Shown piece after piece: positions 20,819 through 30,874 of a stretch of DNA of 64,000 nucleotides. The notes below the pieces were generated by a model. It saw only the letters and a list, made by a program, of their open reading frames with translations, ran no database searches and was not told the DNA's origin. This DNA is from an uncultured Gammaproteobacteria bacterium (GTDB lineage Bacteria > Pseudomonadota > Gammaproteobacteria > JAURND01), in the NCBI GenBank assembly GCA_963714975.1, contig CAVQQD010000003.1, positions 704,001-768,000 of the forward strand, in the 5' to 3' direction. Each line of letters opens with the position of its first letter. The first letter of the stretch is position 1. The translations under genes were made by a program, and so were the position numbers.

Positions 20819-21502
20819 ATGCCTAAGCCTGGTTTTTTTAATTTTAAAGATGCTGCAGAAGCTGCCCATGTTTTGCTACCGCAACTGTATAGTACTTCTC
20901 ACGCCTTCACTACTCCTCATGCTGATGTAAGAAAGGATACAGCGGCAAGGGCTGCTGCAGCTTGGTTTGGAACAGCAGGGGTGATTGTTTTCATCATAAG
21001 CCAATATCACCCTGAGCTGGATATTCATAGAACTAAAGAATCTATTGCTTCCCTCTTAGATAAAACACAATTAAATCTTGATGCGCAAAATTTGCTTCAG
21101 ATTATTACTTATATTGCGCTGCTTTGGATCATACCAAAAGCTTTTGAATGCATTGCGTACATTTACTTTCCCAAAGAGCATGGACGGGCAGCCCAGGCTA
21201 TTGATGATGCGAACCGAGTGGGGCAGCTGCATCCTAGCCCACAGAAGATGGAATTTAACCTAGATGAAAATGAGGATGATCAGGACGAATCAGATCCGCC
21301 TTCCCAAGCTGATGATGATTTAGCTCACAATTCAACGTTTGAGCCAGAATATATTTTGGACCCAGATTATTTTAAAGCCCCTCAAGGTGATGACTATACA
21401 GCTTGGGATAACCGGACAGACGTATTTGCCCGCGCCTCAAAAATAGTAGAAGAAGAGCTGAATAAAAAAGAGCATAACAAAAATCAATGTATTATTTTGT
21501 AA
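20819..21502 (+). CDS. hypothetical 2-TM protein with C-terminal CaaX (CIIL); candidate effector
   Basis: RBS GAGAG, two TM segments, acidic linker, ...KKEHNKNQCIIL*. Confidence 0.75.
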   Translation: MPKPGFFNFKDAAEAAHVLLPQLYSTSHAFTTPHADVRKDTAARAAAAWFGTAGVIVFIISQYHPELDIHRTKESIASLLDKTQLNLDAQNLLQIITYIALLWIIPKAFECIAYIYFPKEHGRAAQAIDDANRVGQLHPSPQKMEFNLDENEDDQDESDPPSQADDDLAHNSTFEPEYILDPDYFKAPQGDDYTAWDNRTDVFARASKIVEEELNKKEHNKNQCIIL

Positions 21503-21543
21503 CTATTCAGCGGATACCACAGATCTAAACGTGCCTGATTGCC

Positions 21544-21576
21544 CTTCATATCCACTTAAGTTTCATCCAATACAAT
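21544..21576 (+). promoter_or_regulatory. PmrA-type box and -10 element
   Basis: CTTCATATC-N2-CTTAAGTTT-N7-TACAAT. Confidence 0.7.
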
Positions 21577-21644
21577 ACACTCTCTAGTGAAGAATTTCGG
21601 CTAAGTGATGATAGCAAGATTATAGTAATTATTTTGAGAGAGTA

Positions 21645-22344
21645 ATGCTTATGTCTGGTTTTTTTTAAAAGAGTTGCTGATAGAGCTGCTTATGTTTTAG
21701 TACCCCAACTTTATAATACTGTAGAAGCTGGAATAGCTCATCGCAGGGGCGATGTAGAGACACGCAAACACGCAAGTTATCGAGCGTTCGCCGCTTGGAT
21801 GGGAACCTTAGGTGTAGTTGGGTTCATGGTGACACAATATTACGACAACCTGGATTTGTTAAAGACCAAGCCGGCGATTGACTCGCTTTTTTCGGAGTCA
21901 TTAAATTTAGATGCTGATGTACAAAAATATTTACAGAGTGGCCTTTGGATCGTGGCTTTGATAGTAATTCCCAATATTTTTGCGTGGATAGCTAAGAGAG
22001 CTGGGAATGATAAGACGCTAGAGAGAAGTAATAAGGTTGAGTATGAGGAGGTCGTGACACACCTTCCTGACAACAACGGGCCCAGTATTGACGGAGTTAA
22101 TGATGCTACCCTCATTCGTTCGGAATCGGACCTAGAGGGTGAGGTGGTTGGAAGTGGTCTAGGAAGTCGAAAATTTTCAAACCCCGAGGACTTTGAGCGA
22201 CATTGCAAAGACCTACATGAAGATATATTTGTTCAAGCGCAACTAGCATTTGAAAAACGATCAGAATTGAATAAAACAAATGGGGTCAACAAGAAGAAGG
22301 AAGGGATCTGTGCTCAGTTAAGCAGTTGCTTTGGAAGATCCTAA
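21645..22344 (+). CDS. paralog of 20819-21502, frameshifted in a T8 run (21659-21666)
   Basis: Removing one T gives MLMSGFFKRVADRAAYVLVPQLYNT...RAFAAWMGTLGVV, aligning with MPKPGFF...AAHVLLPQLYST...RAAAAWFGTAGVI; identical RBS context TTGAGAGAGTAATGC. Confidence 0.7.
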
Positions 22345-22360
22345 CGAGCACTTGCTGAAA

Positions 22361-22485
22361 TTCCTTCTCCCAATGCTTTTTTGTGGGAGCTGTGAGGGTG
22401 TGCTTTTCTAGCTGTCGCCACTTCAAACACCCTCATCCGGCCTGCGGCCACCTTCTCCCGCAGAAAAGCGTTGCGGGAGAAGGGA
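22361..22485. repeat. REP-like element (CCCTCATCCG..CACCTTCTCCC..GGGAGAAGG family)
   Basis: Reverse-orientation relative of the copies at 50889 and 52004. Confidence 0.75.
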
Positions 22486-22596
22486 TTTGGAGGTGGCACG
22501 GGGCAACGTCGGACGGCGCGGCGGGCGCTGGGTTACTTAAACTGGCGATTACTCTCTTTTTTTGGCACAATGACCTTTTTCCACGGAAAGGCCCGC

Positions 22597-23679
22597 ATGA
22601 TCGCAACTCTCAGTAATATTGCCGTTTTTCTTATCACGATTTCAGTTCTAGTCATTGTCCATGAATGGGGGCATTTCGTTGTTGCCAGATGCTTTAAGGT
22701 CAAAGTATTGCGTTTTTCCATAGGCTTCGGCAAAGCCCTCTGGCGGCGCCCCAGTAAATCCGGTACCGAATATGTTATCGCTCTATTGCCGCTTGGAGGC
22801 TATGTCAAATTATTAGATGAGCGAGAAGGCCCGGTTCCTGATGAGGATAAAGACCAAGCGTTTAATCGCCAGCCGTTTTGGAAACGGACCGCCATTGTTT
22901 TAGCCGGACCCTTAATTAATATTCTTTTTGCTATTATTGTGTTTACCATCATTTGGATGATTGGGGTCACCCAAGCGCGCCCTATCATTGGCGAAGTGAT
23001 TCCCAATTCTATTGCTGCCGAAAGCGGTGTGCCAGCAGGGGGCGAAATTGTGGTGATTGGCAAGCAAACTACCCATGATTGGCAGTCAGTGATGTTGGCC
23101 CTAGTCCGACAATTAGGCAATAAAGGCAGCATTAATTTTCATATTCTTTCTGCAGCAGCCAACCAGCCACAGTCTTACTCCCTGTCAATTACCGATTGGG
23201 TCATTGATCCCTTGGAGCCCAATATATTGAAAAGCTTAGGAATTGTTCCTTCTAGCCCACCCATTCTTCGCAAAGTACAATTCCCGTTAGGTGGCGCTCT
23301 GATCCAAGCCGTCAATCAAGTCGAGACTTTGGTTGTATTTAATTTTATCGCCATCGGTAAGCTGGTTTCAGGAAAAATCTCTTTGCTGAGTTTGGGTGGG
23401 CCGATTTCGATTTATCAAACCTCGAGTATAGCATTTAGTCAGGGGGTACTGATTTATCTGGCATTTCTAGGGATAATCAGCGTGATGCTAGGCTGTTTAA
23501 ATATCCTACCGATTCCTGGCTTGGATGGTGGTCATCTGCTATTTTTTATCATTGAAGCTATTATCCGACGACCGGTATCGGTAGCATTGCAGGTGCTAAT
23601 TTTACGCATAGGCTTTATTTTTTTAGCAGTGCTAATTTTTCAAGCGACAATTAATGATTTAATGCGCATTTTGCGCTGA
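22597..23679 (+). CDS. rseP: RIP metalloprotease RseP (site-2 protease, single PDZ)
   Basis: [31 protein letters not shown]; start moved to ATG 22597 because the upstream extension is REP-derived. Confidence 0.88.
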   Translation: MIATLSNIAVFLITISVLVIVHEWGHFVVARCFKVKVLRFSIGFGKALWRRPSKSGTEYVIALLPLGGYVKLLDEREGPVPDEDKDQAFNRQPFWKRTAIVLAGPLINILFAIIVFTIIWMIGVTQARPIIGEVIPNSIAAESGVPAGGEIVVIGKQTTHDWQSVMLALVRQLGNKGSINFHILSAAANQPQSYSLSITDWVIDPLEPNILKSLGIVPSSPPILRKVQFPLGGALIQAVNQVETLVVFNFIAIGKLVSGKISLLSLGGPISIYQTSSIAFSQGVLIYLAFLGIISVMLGCLNILPIPGLDGGHLLFFIIEAIIRRPVSVALQVLILRIGFIFLAVLIFQATINDLMRILR

Positions 23680-23693
23680 GTGAGACGTATTTT

Positions 23694-24092
23694 ATGAAAA
23701 TGCATAAATCCGATGCCGATTGGCAGAAGGAATTAACCCCTGAACAATATCGAATTACCCGCGAAAAGGGCACCGAACCTGCGTTTACTGGCGAATATTG
23801 GGATTATCACGGAGTGGGTGATTATCATTGTGTGTGTTGCGGCACTTTATTGTTTAGTTCCGAGACAAAATTTGATTCTGGTTCTGGATGGCCTAGTTTT
23901 TATGCGCCTTTAGAGTCAGCGAATGTGGTCACGGAACCTGATTATAGTCACAGTATGCAGCGGATTGAGGTATTATGTGCCCACTGTGGGGCTCATTTAG
24001 GGCATTTATTTCCTGATGGTCCAGAACCTACAGGAATGCGTTATTGTATTAATTCGGTTTCGCTTAAATTTTCAGGAGGAAATAAAACATGA
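23694..24092 (+). CDS. msrB: peptide-methionine (R)-S-oxide reductase
   Basis: [39 protein letters not shown]. Confidence 0.97.
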   Translation: MKMHKSDADWQKELTPEQYRITREKGTEPAFTGEYWDYHGVGDYHCVCCGTLLFSSETKFDSGSGWPSFYAPLESANVVTEPDYSHSMQRIEVLCAHCGAHLGHLFPDGPEPTGMRYCINSVSLKFSGGNKT

Positions 24093-24733
24093 AAGGGATA
24101 CGCTCTTTTTGCTTCTTTACTGTGTCGTGCCTATTGCTTTCACCTTGTGCTCTTTCTGCTGCGCAAGTCATTCTAGAATCAAGTCCCATTCCCCTTAATA
24201 ATTTTAGTCTCGAGCAGTTGCAGCAAGCAGCTGAGGCGGGCGATCCAGATGCACAATATGCACTAGGGTATATGCATTATTATGGGCAAAAAGTAACCCA
24301 GAATACTGCACAAGCAGTGAATTGGATTAAGCGCGCTTCCGTCCAAGGTCAGGAGCAAGCCACCCGAGCTTTAGCAGCGCTAGGCCAAGATAAGCAACCG
24401 AGTATTGTGGCTGCAGCTGAAACTGCAAGCACAACTTCTAGCCCTAGTAATAAGACTAATGCAACGAGTGTTAAACTTGCGCCTGTCGGCAATACCGGCA
24501 AGGGAAAATATACGATTCAGTTATTGGCTAGCTCAGATAAGAAAAAATTGGATCACTATATTAAGCAACATCATTTACAAGGCAAGGCCACTTATAGTCA
24601 TAACACGCGCCAGGGTAAGTCATTATATGTGTTGACCTATGGGAACTATCCATCGCGTAGTCAGGCACAGGGGGCTTTAGCTGCCTTGCCTGCACCAGTA
24701 CGCTCGCAAAGGCCTTGGGTTAAGGGAATTTAA
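24089..24733 (+). CDS. exported Sel1-repeat and SPOR-domain protein
   Basis: Signal peptide, [20 protein letters not shown]-terminal YTIQL...YGNYPSR..A...PWV. Confidence 0.85.
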   Translation: MKGIRSFCFFTVSCLLLSPCALSAAQVILESSPIPLNNFSLEQLQQAAEAGDPDAQYALGYMHYYGQKVTQNTAQAVNWIKRASVQGQEQATRALAALGQDKQPSIVAAAETASTTSSPSNKTNATSVKLAPVGNTGKGKYTIQLLASSDKKKLDHYIKQHHLQGKATYSHNTRQGKSLYVLTYGNYPSRSQAQGALAALPAPVRSQRPWVKGI

Positions 24734-24744
24734 ACTCCCGATTA

Positions 24745-24771
24745 TTCCTTCTCCCACAAGGGGAGAAGGAA
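24745..24771. repeat. REP hairpin, possible terminator
   Basis: TTCCTTCTCCC-ACAAG-GGGAGAAGGAA, same core as 157-179. Confidence 0.75.
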
Positions 24772-24812
24772 TACCACAAGGCGAGAAAGAGAAGGAATAA
24801 GTATTAGCAAGC

Positions 24813-24899
24813 TGGTGCCGGAAGTCGGACTCGAACCGACACAGTGTCGCCACTACCAGATTTTGAGTCTGGCGCGTCTACCAATTTCGCCATTCCGGC
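24813..24899 (-). tRNA. tRNA-Leu(CAA)
   Basis: Cloverleaf GCCGGAA...; anticodon arm CCAGA-CTCAAAA-TCTGG; long variable arm; GTTCGA; CCA end. Confidence 0.96.
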
Positions 24900-24964
24900 A
24901 GCGGATTTGGGGTCGCCAGTATAACAAACTTGGCAGCGAGGTCAAAACAATTTAAGGAGATAGT

Positions 24965-25486
24965 TTGATGCAGCTTAAAGCAAAACGGGTGAGCGAGTCG
25001 GCAGTGAACGATCATGTATATCGGGTTTTTCCGAACGATTTAAATCCGAATAACACCATCTTTGGCGGTCAGGTGATGGCTCTTTTAGATCGCGTTTGTT
25101 CCGTCGTGGCTGAAAGACATTCTGGCCGACTTTGTGTCACTGCTTTGGTGGATTCTATTCATTTTTTAGCTCCAGCTAAGGGGGGTGAAATTCTGATCTT
25201 CAAGGCCTCCGTCAACCGAGCTTGGCGCACTTCAATGGAAATTGGGGCAAAAGTTGTGGCACAAAATGTGCGTAATGGGGAGACCCGTCATATAGTTTCT
25301 GCGTATTTTACTTTTGTCGCTGTGGATGAAAATCAAAAACCCATTGCAGTTCCTTCATTAATTCCTGAAACCGAATTGGAAAAACGACGCTATTTAGAAG
25401 CAGACGAACGTCGGCAACGCCGTCAACAAGAATCCGCCACTCGCAAAGAGCGTAGGAAGCAATCCGTAAAGGGTGACCCCAGCTGA
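24965..25486 (+). CDS. acyl-CoA thioesterase (hotdog fold, YciA-like)
   Basis: VFPNDLN...[21 protein letters not shown]. Confidence 0.9.
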   Translation: MMQLKAKRVSESAVNDHVYRVFPNDLNPNNTIFGGQVMALLDRVCSVVAERHSGRLCVTALVDSIHFLAPAKGGEILIFKASVNRAWRTSMEIGAKVVAQNVRNGETRHIVSAYFTFVAVDENQKPIAVPSLIPETELEKRRYLEADERRQRRQQESATRKERRKQSVKGDPS

Positions 25487-25490
25487 TAAC

Positions 25491-25566
25491 TGGCGTCCCC
25501 AAGGGGATTCGAACCCCTGTTACCGCCGTGAAAGGGCGATGTCCTAGGCCTCTAGACGATGGGGAC
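25491..25566 (-). tRNA. tRNA-Glu(TTC)
   Basis: GTCCCCATCGTCTAGAGG...; anticodon loop CTTTCAC; CCA end. Confidence 0.97.
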
Positions 25567-25572
25567 AATTTT

Positions 25573-25648
25573 TGGTGGAGCTAGGCGGGATCGAACCGCC
25601 GACCTCTTGCATGCCATGCAAGTGCTCTCCCAGCTGAGCTATAGCCCC
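25573..25648 (-). tRNA. tRNA-Ala(GGC)
   Basis: GGGGCTATAGCTCAGCTGGG...; anticodon loop ATGGCAT; CCA end. Confidence 0.97.
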
Positions 25649-25679
25649 GCTAAAATTGGGAATAACGATTCTAGGGAAT

Positions 25680-26588
25680 CTAAGGAGTCTCGTCAAGGGC
25701 AACCTGCTCTTGGTTGAAAATGCAGCTGCGTAGATAGGCTTTGAAATCTTCCGCTAGTTCCGGATGACGCAAGGCATAATTCACAGTGGCCTGCAGGTAC
25801 CCTAATTTATTTCCGCAATCATAACGTTTCCCTTGCAGACGATAGCAATAAGCTGCTTCTTCCTTGAGCAAGTGAGCGATGGCATCGGTTAATTGAATTT
25901 CTCCGCGTTTATCGCTTGGCGTCTGCTCGAGTAGGCTAAAAATTCGCGGAGTTAGGATGTATCTTCCCACTACCGCTAAATTCGAAGGAGCTTGTTCCGG
26001 GGCAGGTTTTTCAACAATATTAAGAATTCGGCTGCATTGATGATCTGAGTTTTCCGGTTCCACAATGCCATAACGATAAGTTTCTGAGCGAGGAATTTTC
26101 TCCACCGCAATGATACTCGATTGGGTTTTTTCAAATTCAGGCACCATATGTTTTAAGCAGCCATGATTGCCTTCTTCAATTAAATCATCTGCTAATAGGA
26201 CCGCAAAAGGTTCGTTCGAAATTAAATTTTTGGCACAGAGCACCGCATGGCCTAAGCCTAAGGGGTTGGGCTGGCGGATATAAATGCAAGAAACTCCTTG
26301 CGGGATAATGTTGCGGACAATCGTTAATAATTCTTCCTGTCCGCGCTGTGCGAGTTTAGATTCTAGTTCGTAATTTGAGTCAAAGTGATCTTCGATAGCG
26401 CGTTTGCTAATGTTGGTGACGAAAATGATATCTTTAATGCCCGCGGCAATGGCCTCTTCTACCGCATATTGAATCAGCGGCTTGTCGACGATAGGTAGCA
26501 TTTCTTTGGGATTGGCTTTGGTGGCAGGTAAAAAGCGGGTCCCTAAACCTGCTACTGGAAAAATAGCTTTTTTGACCAGATGGGGCAT
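25680..26588 (-). CDS. galU: UTP--glucose-1-phosphate uridylyltransferase
   Basis: [42 protein letters not shown]. Confidence 0.96.
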   Translation of the reverse strand: MPHLVKKAIFPVAGLGTRFLPATKANPKEMLPIVDKPLIQYAVEEAIAAGIKDIIFVTNISKRAIEDHFDSNYELESKLAQRGQEELLTIVRNIIPQGVSCIYIRQPNPLGLGHAVLCAKNLISNEPFAVLLADDLIEEGNHGCLKHMVPEFEKTQSSIIAVEKIPRSETYRYGIVEPENSDHQCSRILNIVEKPAPEQAPSNLAVVGRYILTPRIFSLLEQTPSDKRGEIQLTDAIAHLLKEEAAYCYRLQGKRYDCGNKLGYLQATVNYALRHPELAEDFKAYLRSCIFNQEQVALDETP

Positions 26589-26705
26589 AATAAAATATCC
26601 TTCCCTATATGATATTGGAGCAACAGAGTTTATCCTAAATTGTGGTGGATGGAAATCCCCCCCTCTCCCACGGGGAGAAGGTATTGCTTACTATAGGAAT
26701 CGCCA

Positions 26706-28151
26706 ATGAGTTTTTCTGCTGTCAACGTTCGGCCTGACTTTGATCCTGAAATTCAGGCCATTGCTCGCTATGTAAGCGACTATAAGATCACCAGCCAAGA
26801 AGCCTATAACACGGCGCGCTGGTGCCTTATCGATAGCCTGGGTTGTGCTCTGCTCGCCTTGCGTTATCCTGAATGTACCAAGCTATTAGGCCCGATCGTA
26901 CCAGGAGCCACCTTATGTCAAGGCGCCCGGGTGTCCGGAACTGCCTATGAATTGGATCCGGTACAAGCTGCTTTTAACCTAGGTACCATGATTCGTTGGT
27001 TAGATTATAATGACACTTGGCTTGCTCAAGAGTGGGGGCACCCTTCCGATAATTTAGGGGGAATTTTAGCCGTGGCGGATTATCTGAGTCGCCAGGCAGT
27101 GGCAATAGGAAAGCCGCCTTTATTAATGACGGAGGTGCTAACAGCTGCCATTAAGGCCTACGAAATTCAGGGTGTGTTAGCCTTGGAAAATAGCTTTAAT
27201 CGGGTGGGGCTGGACCATGTCGTGTATGTGAAGGTCGCTACTGCAGCAGTGGTCACTGCAATGTTAGGGGGTGACTGCAATCAAATTTGTGCTGCTTTGT
27301 CCCAAGCGTGGCTTGATGGCCAAAGTTTACGTACCTATCGTCATGCCCCTAATACTGGATCGCGAAAATCTTGGGCAGCGGGAGATGCCACGGCTCGAGG
27401 TGTTCGTCTTGCTTTGCTGAGCTTGCGGGGTGAAATGGGTTATCCCAGCGCTTTATCGGCTAAGCAGTGGGGTCTCTATGATGTTTATTTCCAGGGACGG
27501 CCTTTTAAATTTCAGCGCCGATATAATAGCTATGTCATGGAAAATGTCCTGTTTAAAATTTCCTATCCCGCAGAATTTCATGCGCAAACGGCTGCGGAAG
27601 CTGCTCTGCGTTTGCATCCCGAAGTCAAAGAGCGATTGCAGGACGTTGCGAAAATAACGTTGCGTACCCAAGAACCGGCGATGCGCATTCTAAATAAAAC
27701 CGGACCTCTGCATAACCCTGCCGATCGGGATCATTCCTTGCAATACATTGTGGCGATTGGTCTTATTTATGGCAAATTAACTGCGGACCATTATGAGGAT
27801 TTGATTGCGCAAAATCCGTTGATTGATAGCTTGCGAGAAAAAATGGTGGTGACTGAGGAAGCGCAATTTTCCCGTGATTATTTAGATCCCGAAAAACGTT
27901 CGATTGCTAATGCGATTCAGGTGTTTTTCAACGATGGTAGCCACACCGAAGAAGTGCTCGTGGAATATCCAGTAGGGCATCGACGTCGCCGTCAAGAAGG
28001 AATCCCATTGCTGCAACTAAAATTCCAACAAAATTTGCTGACTCGTTTTCCAAAAGCGCGGGTGGATCAGTTATTGGCCTTGTGCCAAGATCAAACTCAC
28101 TTGGAACGCATGCCAGTAAATGAGTTTATGGAATTATGGGTATTTCCTTAA
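26706..28151 (+). CDS. prpD: 2-methylcitrate dehydratase
   Basis: [46 protein letters not shown]. Confidence 0.96.
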   Translation: MSFSAVNVRPDFDPEIQAIARYVSDYKITSQEAYNTARWCLIDSLGCALLALRYPECTKLLGPIVPGATLCQGARVSGTAYELDPVQAAFNLGTMIRWLDYNDTWLAQEWGHPSDNLGGILAVADYLSRQAVAIGKPPLLMTEVLTAAIKAYEIQGVLALENSFNRVGLDHVVYVKVATAAVVTAMLGGDCNQICAALSQAWLDGQSLRTYRHAPNTGSRKSWAAGDATARGVRLALLSLRGEMGYPSALSAKQWGLYDVYFQGRPFKFQRRYNSYVMENVLFKISYPAEFHAQTAAEAALRLHPEVKERLQDVAKITLRTQEPAMRILNKTGPLHNPADRDHSLQYIVAIGLIYGKLTADHYEDLIAQNPLIDSLREKMVVTEEAQFSRDYLDPEKRSIANAIQVFFNDGSHTEEVLVEYPVGHRRRRQEGIPLLQLKFQQNLLTRFPKARVDQLLALCQDQTHLERMPVNEFMELWVFP

Positions 28152-28281
28152 AGTTAAGCTCGAGTGCATCGGATAACCCTAAAGCTTGGATACATAAATT
28201 GGCCTATACTTATAAAGGAAGAAAGGAAGATCCGAGTATGAAATAGGAGATAGAAAGCATATAGTGTAAGGGGGTGTTTTT

Positions 28282-28458
28282 ATGGCTAATTTACAACTTA
28301 AAGAAAGTATTATTCAACGTATGATGAAGACAAGGAAATGCTCCCATGAAGTAGCAGAAAAGGAGTTTACTAAGCTGACAAAGAATATTCCTGAAAAGGA
28401 ATGGGGAAAAGTTGTCGGTGGAGGGGCCGAAGCGCCTACCAAGCTTACTTTGAATTAG
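28282..28458 (+). CDS. double-glycine leader precursor peptide 1 (58 aa; core GAEAPTKLTLN)
   Basis: Manual translation MANLQLKESIIQRMMKTRKCSHEVAEKEFTKLTKNIPEKEWGKVVGG/GAEAPTKLTLN; RBS AAGGGGG; below the ORF-track cutoff. Confidence 0.88.
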   Translation: MANLQLKESIIQRMMKTRKCSHEVAEKEFTKLTKNIPEKEWGKVVGGGAEAPTKLTLN

Positions 28459-28489
28459 AGAAAGCATCTATACAAGGGGGGGTGTTTTT

Positions 28490-28666
28490 ATGGCTAATTT
28501 ACAGCTGAAAGAAAGCATAATTCAACGTCTGATGAAGACAAAGAAATGCTCCCATGAAGTGGCAGAACAGGAATTCAATAAGCTGACAAAGAATATTCCT
28601 GAAAAGGAATGGGAAAAAGTTGTCGGTGGAGGAGCGGCGGGGTTAATCAAACCTATGTTTGAATAG
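28490..28666 (+). CDS. double-glycine leader precursor peptide 2 (58 aa; core GAAGLIKPMFE)
   Basis: MANLQLKESIIQRLMKTKKCSHEVAEQEFNKLTKNIPEKEWEKVVGG/GAAGLIKPMFE; 42/47 leader identity to peptide 1; same RBS context. Confidence 0.88.
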   Translation: MANLQLKESIIQRLMKTKKCSHEVAEQEFNKLTKNIPEKEWEKVVGGGAAGLIKPMFE

Positions 28667-28672
28667 TAGGAG

Positions 28673-28714
28673 GAGGGTAAGGGGAAGTCTTTCAGCTTCC
28701 CTTGCTACTCTTTA
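28673..28714. terminator. probable terminator between the convergent precursor and ABC genes
   Basis: GGGAAG-TCTTTCAG-CTTCCC stem with imperfect extension, followed by a T-rich tract. Confidence 0.5.
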
Positions 28715-30874
28715 TTTTAACTGTCTTTTTGCTAATTCTGCGAATAATCCAGGTTCGCTTATTAAGGTTTCAAAGTTACCCATTTGTACAATGTGACCGT
28801 TTTCAAGGACGTAAATTCTGTCTGCATTAACGACAGTACTTAAGCGATGTGCTGCAACAACTTGGGTTGATTTCAATTCTTTTAAATAATGATAGACTAT
28901 GGATTGAGTTCTATTGTCGAGGGCACTGGTTGCTTCGTCTAAAAAAATAATCTTAGGGTTTTGTACCAATGCCCGCGCTAATACTAAACGTTGTTTTTCA
29001 CCGCCTGATAATGTGACTAAGCCCTCAGTAATTAATGTATCCATCTGCATGGGTAATAATTTAATTAATTCAGCTAAGCCAATTTTAGCTGCAATATCCC
29101 AAGCGTCGCGACGGCTCAGGCTGGTATTATTTCCTATAATATTATCGAGGATAGTTCCAGGTATTAATGCACTATTTTGCATGACAACTCCAATTTGCTT
29201 ACGCACTGAAGACAACTTTAATGCATTTAAATTAACTCCATTATAATAAATTCCTCCTCCTTGCGGCTTCTCGAACCCTAGCAATAATCTAAACAAAGTC
29301 GATTTGCCTGTCCCTGAGGGACCTACCAGTGCAATAAATTCACCCGGGTATATTTCCATGGAAAAATCTCGAAAAATAGTTTTATCCAAATCTGGATAAC
29401 GAAACAGCGCGTGTTTAATGCTGATTCGACCGTCCAGCTGATTGGGTTCAATCAATTTTTTTTCAGAATCGATGTTTGCGCTAAGCACACGATTTGCTCT
29501 TTCCCCTAATGGGATAATACTAATCACCAAACTCATAATTTGTAAAGCTTGTAAAATGGCAGTAAAAAATAACGTAAATGTTGCATTAAATGCTATAAAA
29601 TTGCCGAAGGAAAGTTGAGAGCCGAGCAAAAAAACAAACCCAAATAAAATCAAGGGATTAACCACCAGCATCACATTGCTTAAAACCTCCAAATTCTGTA
29701 GGGATTTTTTCCCAAGAAACTCTGCTTTGCTACGCTTTATTAGTCGATCTACCCAAATACTAAATACCCGTAAAGAAGCATCTGCAACACGAATTTTTAA
29801 AATACCAGACAATAGGCCAAAGGCAAAATCCATAAGTTTCCCAAAGTGAAAATACAGACGCCTAAAATAATATAATTGTTTATGAATGATAAAAAATGTA
29901 ATTGTTATAATTAATAAAGCCAATAAAAAAGCTACTAAAGCTAAAAAAGCATTGTAAATCAACATCAGAAATAAAAAAATAACTGACATAAACGCATTGG
30001 TGATAATGACAAGGTAAGATTGTGACAAAATTTGCTGAATTTCATTGAGAAAATTTGCTCTATAGGTTAATCCTCCTGGGGAATATTTTTGAAAAAAAAC
30101 CAGTGGAAATCGCAACATTCGATCCCAAATTGCTGGTTCTAAATGTGCTTGTATTTTGAAGCGCAATCGTATTATCGATGCAGCTTGGACAACATTGTAT
30201 AAAGTCACCAATAAGGTACTAACAAATAAAGCAATCACAATTTGCCACAAAATATAAAAATCTGCATTCGGAACAACAAATGAAAATAAATATCCGGTAA
30301 AAATAGGTATCAATAAAGTAAACAAAACAATAATCGATTGTAAAATAAAGAATAGAAATAAGTCGCGATAGCTATGCTGCAAAGCAAAGGCTACGATATT
30401 TTTAAAATTGCCTATTTTTTCAGGTAGCGGCCTGTATAGAAAATAGGCATGCTCTTCAATTTCTTTAGCTAGCTCTTCCGTTACCCTAATGTTGTGGCTT
30501 TGGCTTAGATTTACTAAGCGATAATGGCCCTTTTTTTTAGGCAGCAAAGCGCAGGGTTGATTATGGTAAAATCCGAGCAAGGGACCGAGATCTTTGCGCC
30601 ACCATTTGTCCGGCAATAAGATTTTACGTACACGAACTTCTGAAATAGCTGCGATAGTACGTATATAGTCTGAAAACGTTGTATTTTCCTCTTCCCGTAA
30701 TTTCGGTTTAATTAATTTTATTTTGTTATGTTTCGCAACAATCTCGCATGTGGCATAGAGTAAGTCTAAAGGATTAGAAAATTCATGCGCAAAAGTAATT
30801 TGCGTATCTAAAATAGTTTTTAATCTCTGGATAAAATTTCGTATGATATTAGTTTTAATTAATTTTTCATTCAT
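28712..30874 (-). CDS. NHLM-type bacteriocin ABC transporter, peptidase-less partner
   Basis: Degenerate N-terminal domain (WWRKDLGPLL), TM domain, GPSGTGKST, LSGGEKQR, LDEATSALD. Confidence 0.88.
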   Translation of the reverse strand: MNEKLIKTNIIRNFIQRLKTILDTQITFAHEFSNPLDLLYATCEIVAKHNKIKLIKPKLREEENTTFSDYIRTIAAISEVRVRKILLPDKWWRKDLGPLLGFYHNQPCALLPKKKGHYRLVNLSQSHNIRVTEELAKEIEEHAYFLYRPLPEKIGNFKNIVAFALQHSYRDLFLFFILQSIIVLFTLLIPIFTGYLFSFVVPNADFYILWQIVIALFVSTLLVTLYNVVQAASIIRLRFKIQAHLEPAIWDRMLRFPLVFFQKYSPGGLTYRANFLNEIQQILSQSYLVIITNAFMSVIFLFLMLIYNAFLALVAFLLALLIITITFFIIHKQLYYFRRLYFHFGKLMDFAFGLLSGILKIRVADASLRVFSIWVDRLIKRSKAEFLGKKSLQNLEVLSNVMLVVNPLILFGFVFLLGSQLSFGNFIAFNATFTLFFTAILQALQIMSLVISIIPLGERANRVLSANIDSEKKLIEPNQLDGRISIKHALFRYPDLDKTIFRDFSMEIYPGEFIALVGPSGTGKSTLFRLLLGFEKPQGGGIYYNGVNLNALKLSSVRKQIGVVMQNSALIPGTILDNIIGNNTSLSRRDAWDIAAKIGLAELIKLLPMQMDTLITEGLVTLSGGEKQRLVLARALVQNPKIIFLDEATSALDNRTQSIVYHYLKELKSTQVVAAHRLSTVVNADRIYVLENGHIVQMGNFETLISEPGLFAELAKRQLK

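Noticed and set aside
22383-22596. 77-aa ORF and the long N-terminal extension of RseP
   Set aside because: Both are translations of the REP element; RseP homology starts at ATG 22597
25308-25568. 86-aa minus-strand ORF
   Set aside because: Overlaps tRNA-Glu and is antisense to the thioesterase gene
28150-28280. PmrA box upstream of the precursor peptides
   Set aside because: A TATACT -10 candidate exists at 28205, but no tandem cTTAA repeat lies at the required spacing
28260-28670. The roughly 208-bp tandem repeat as a CRISPR array or non-coding repeat
   Set aside because: Only two units, both open reading frames with RBS and synonymous divergence; no cas genes
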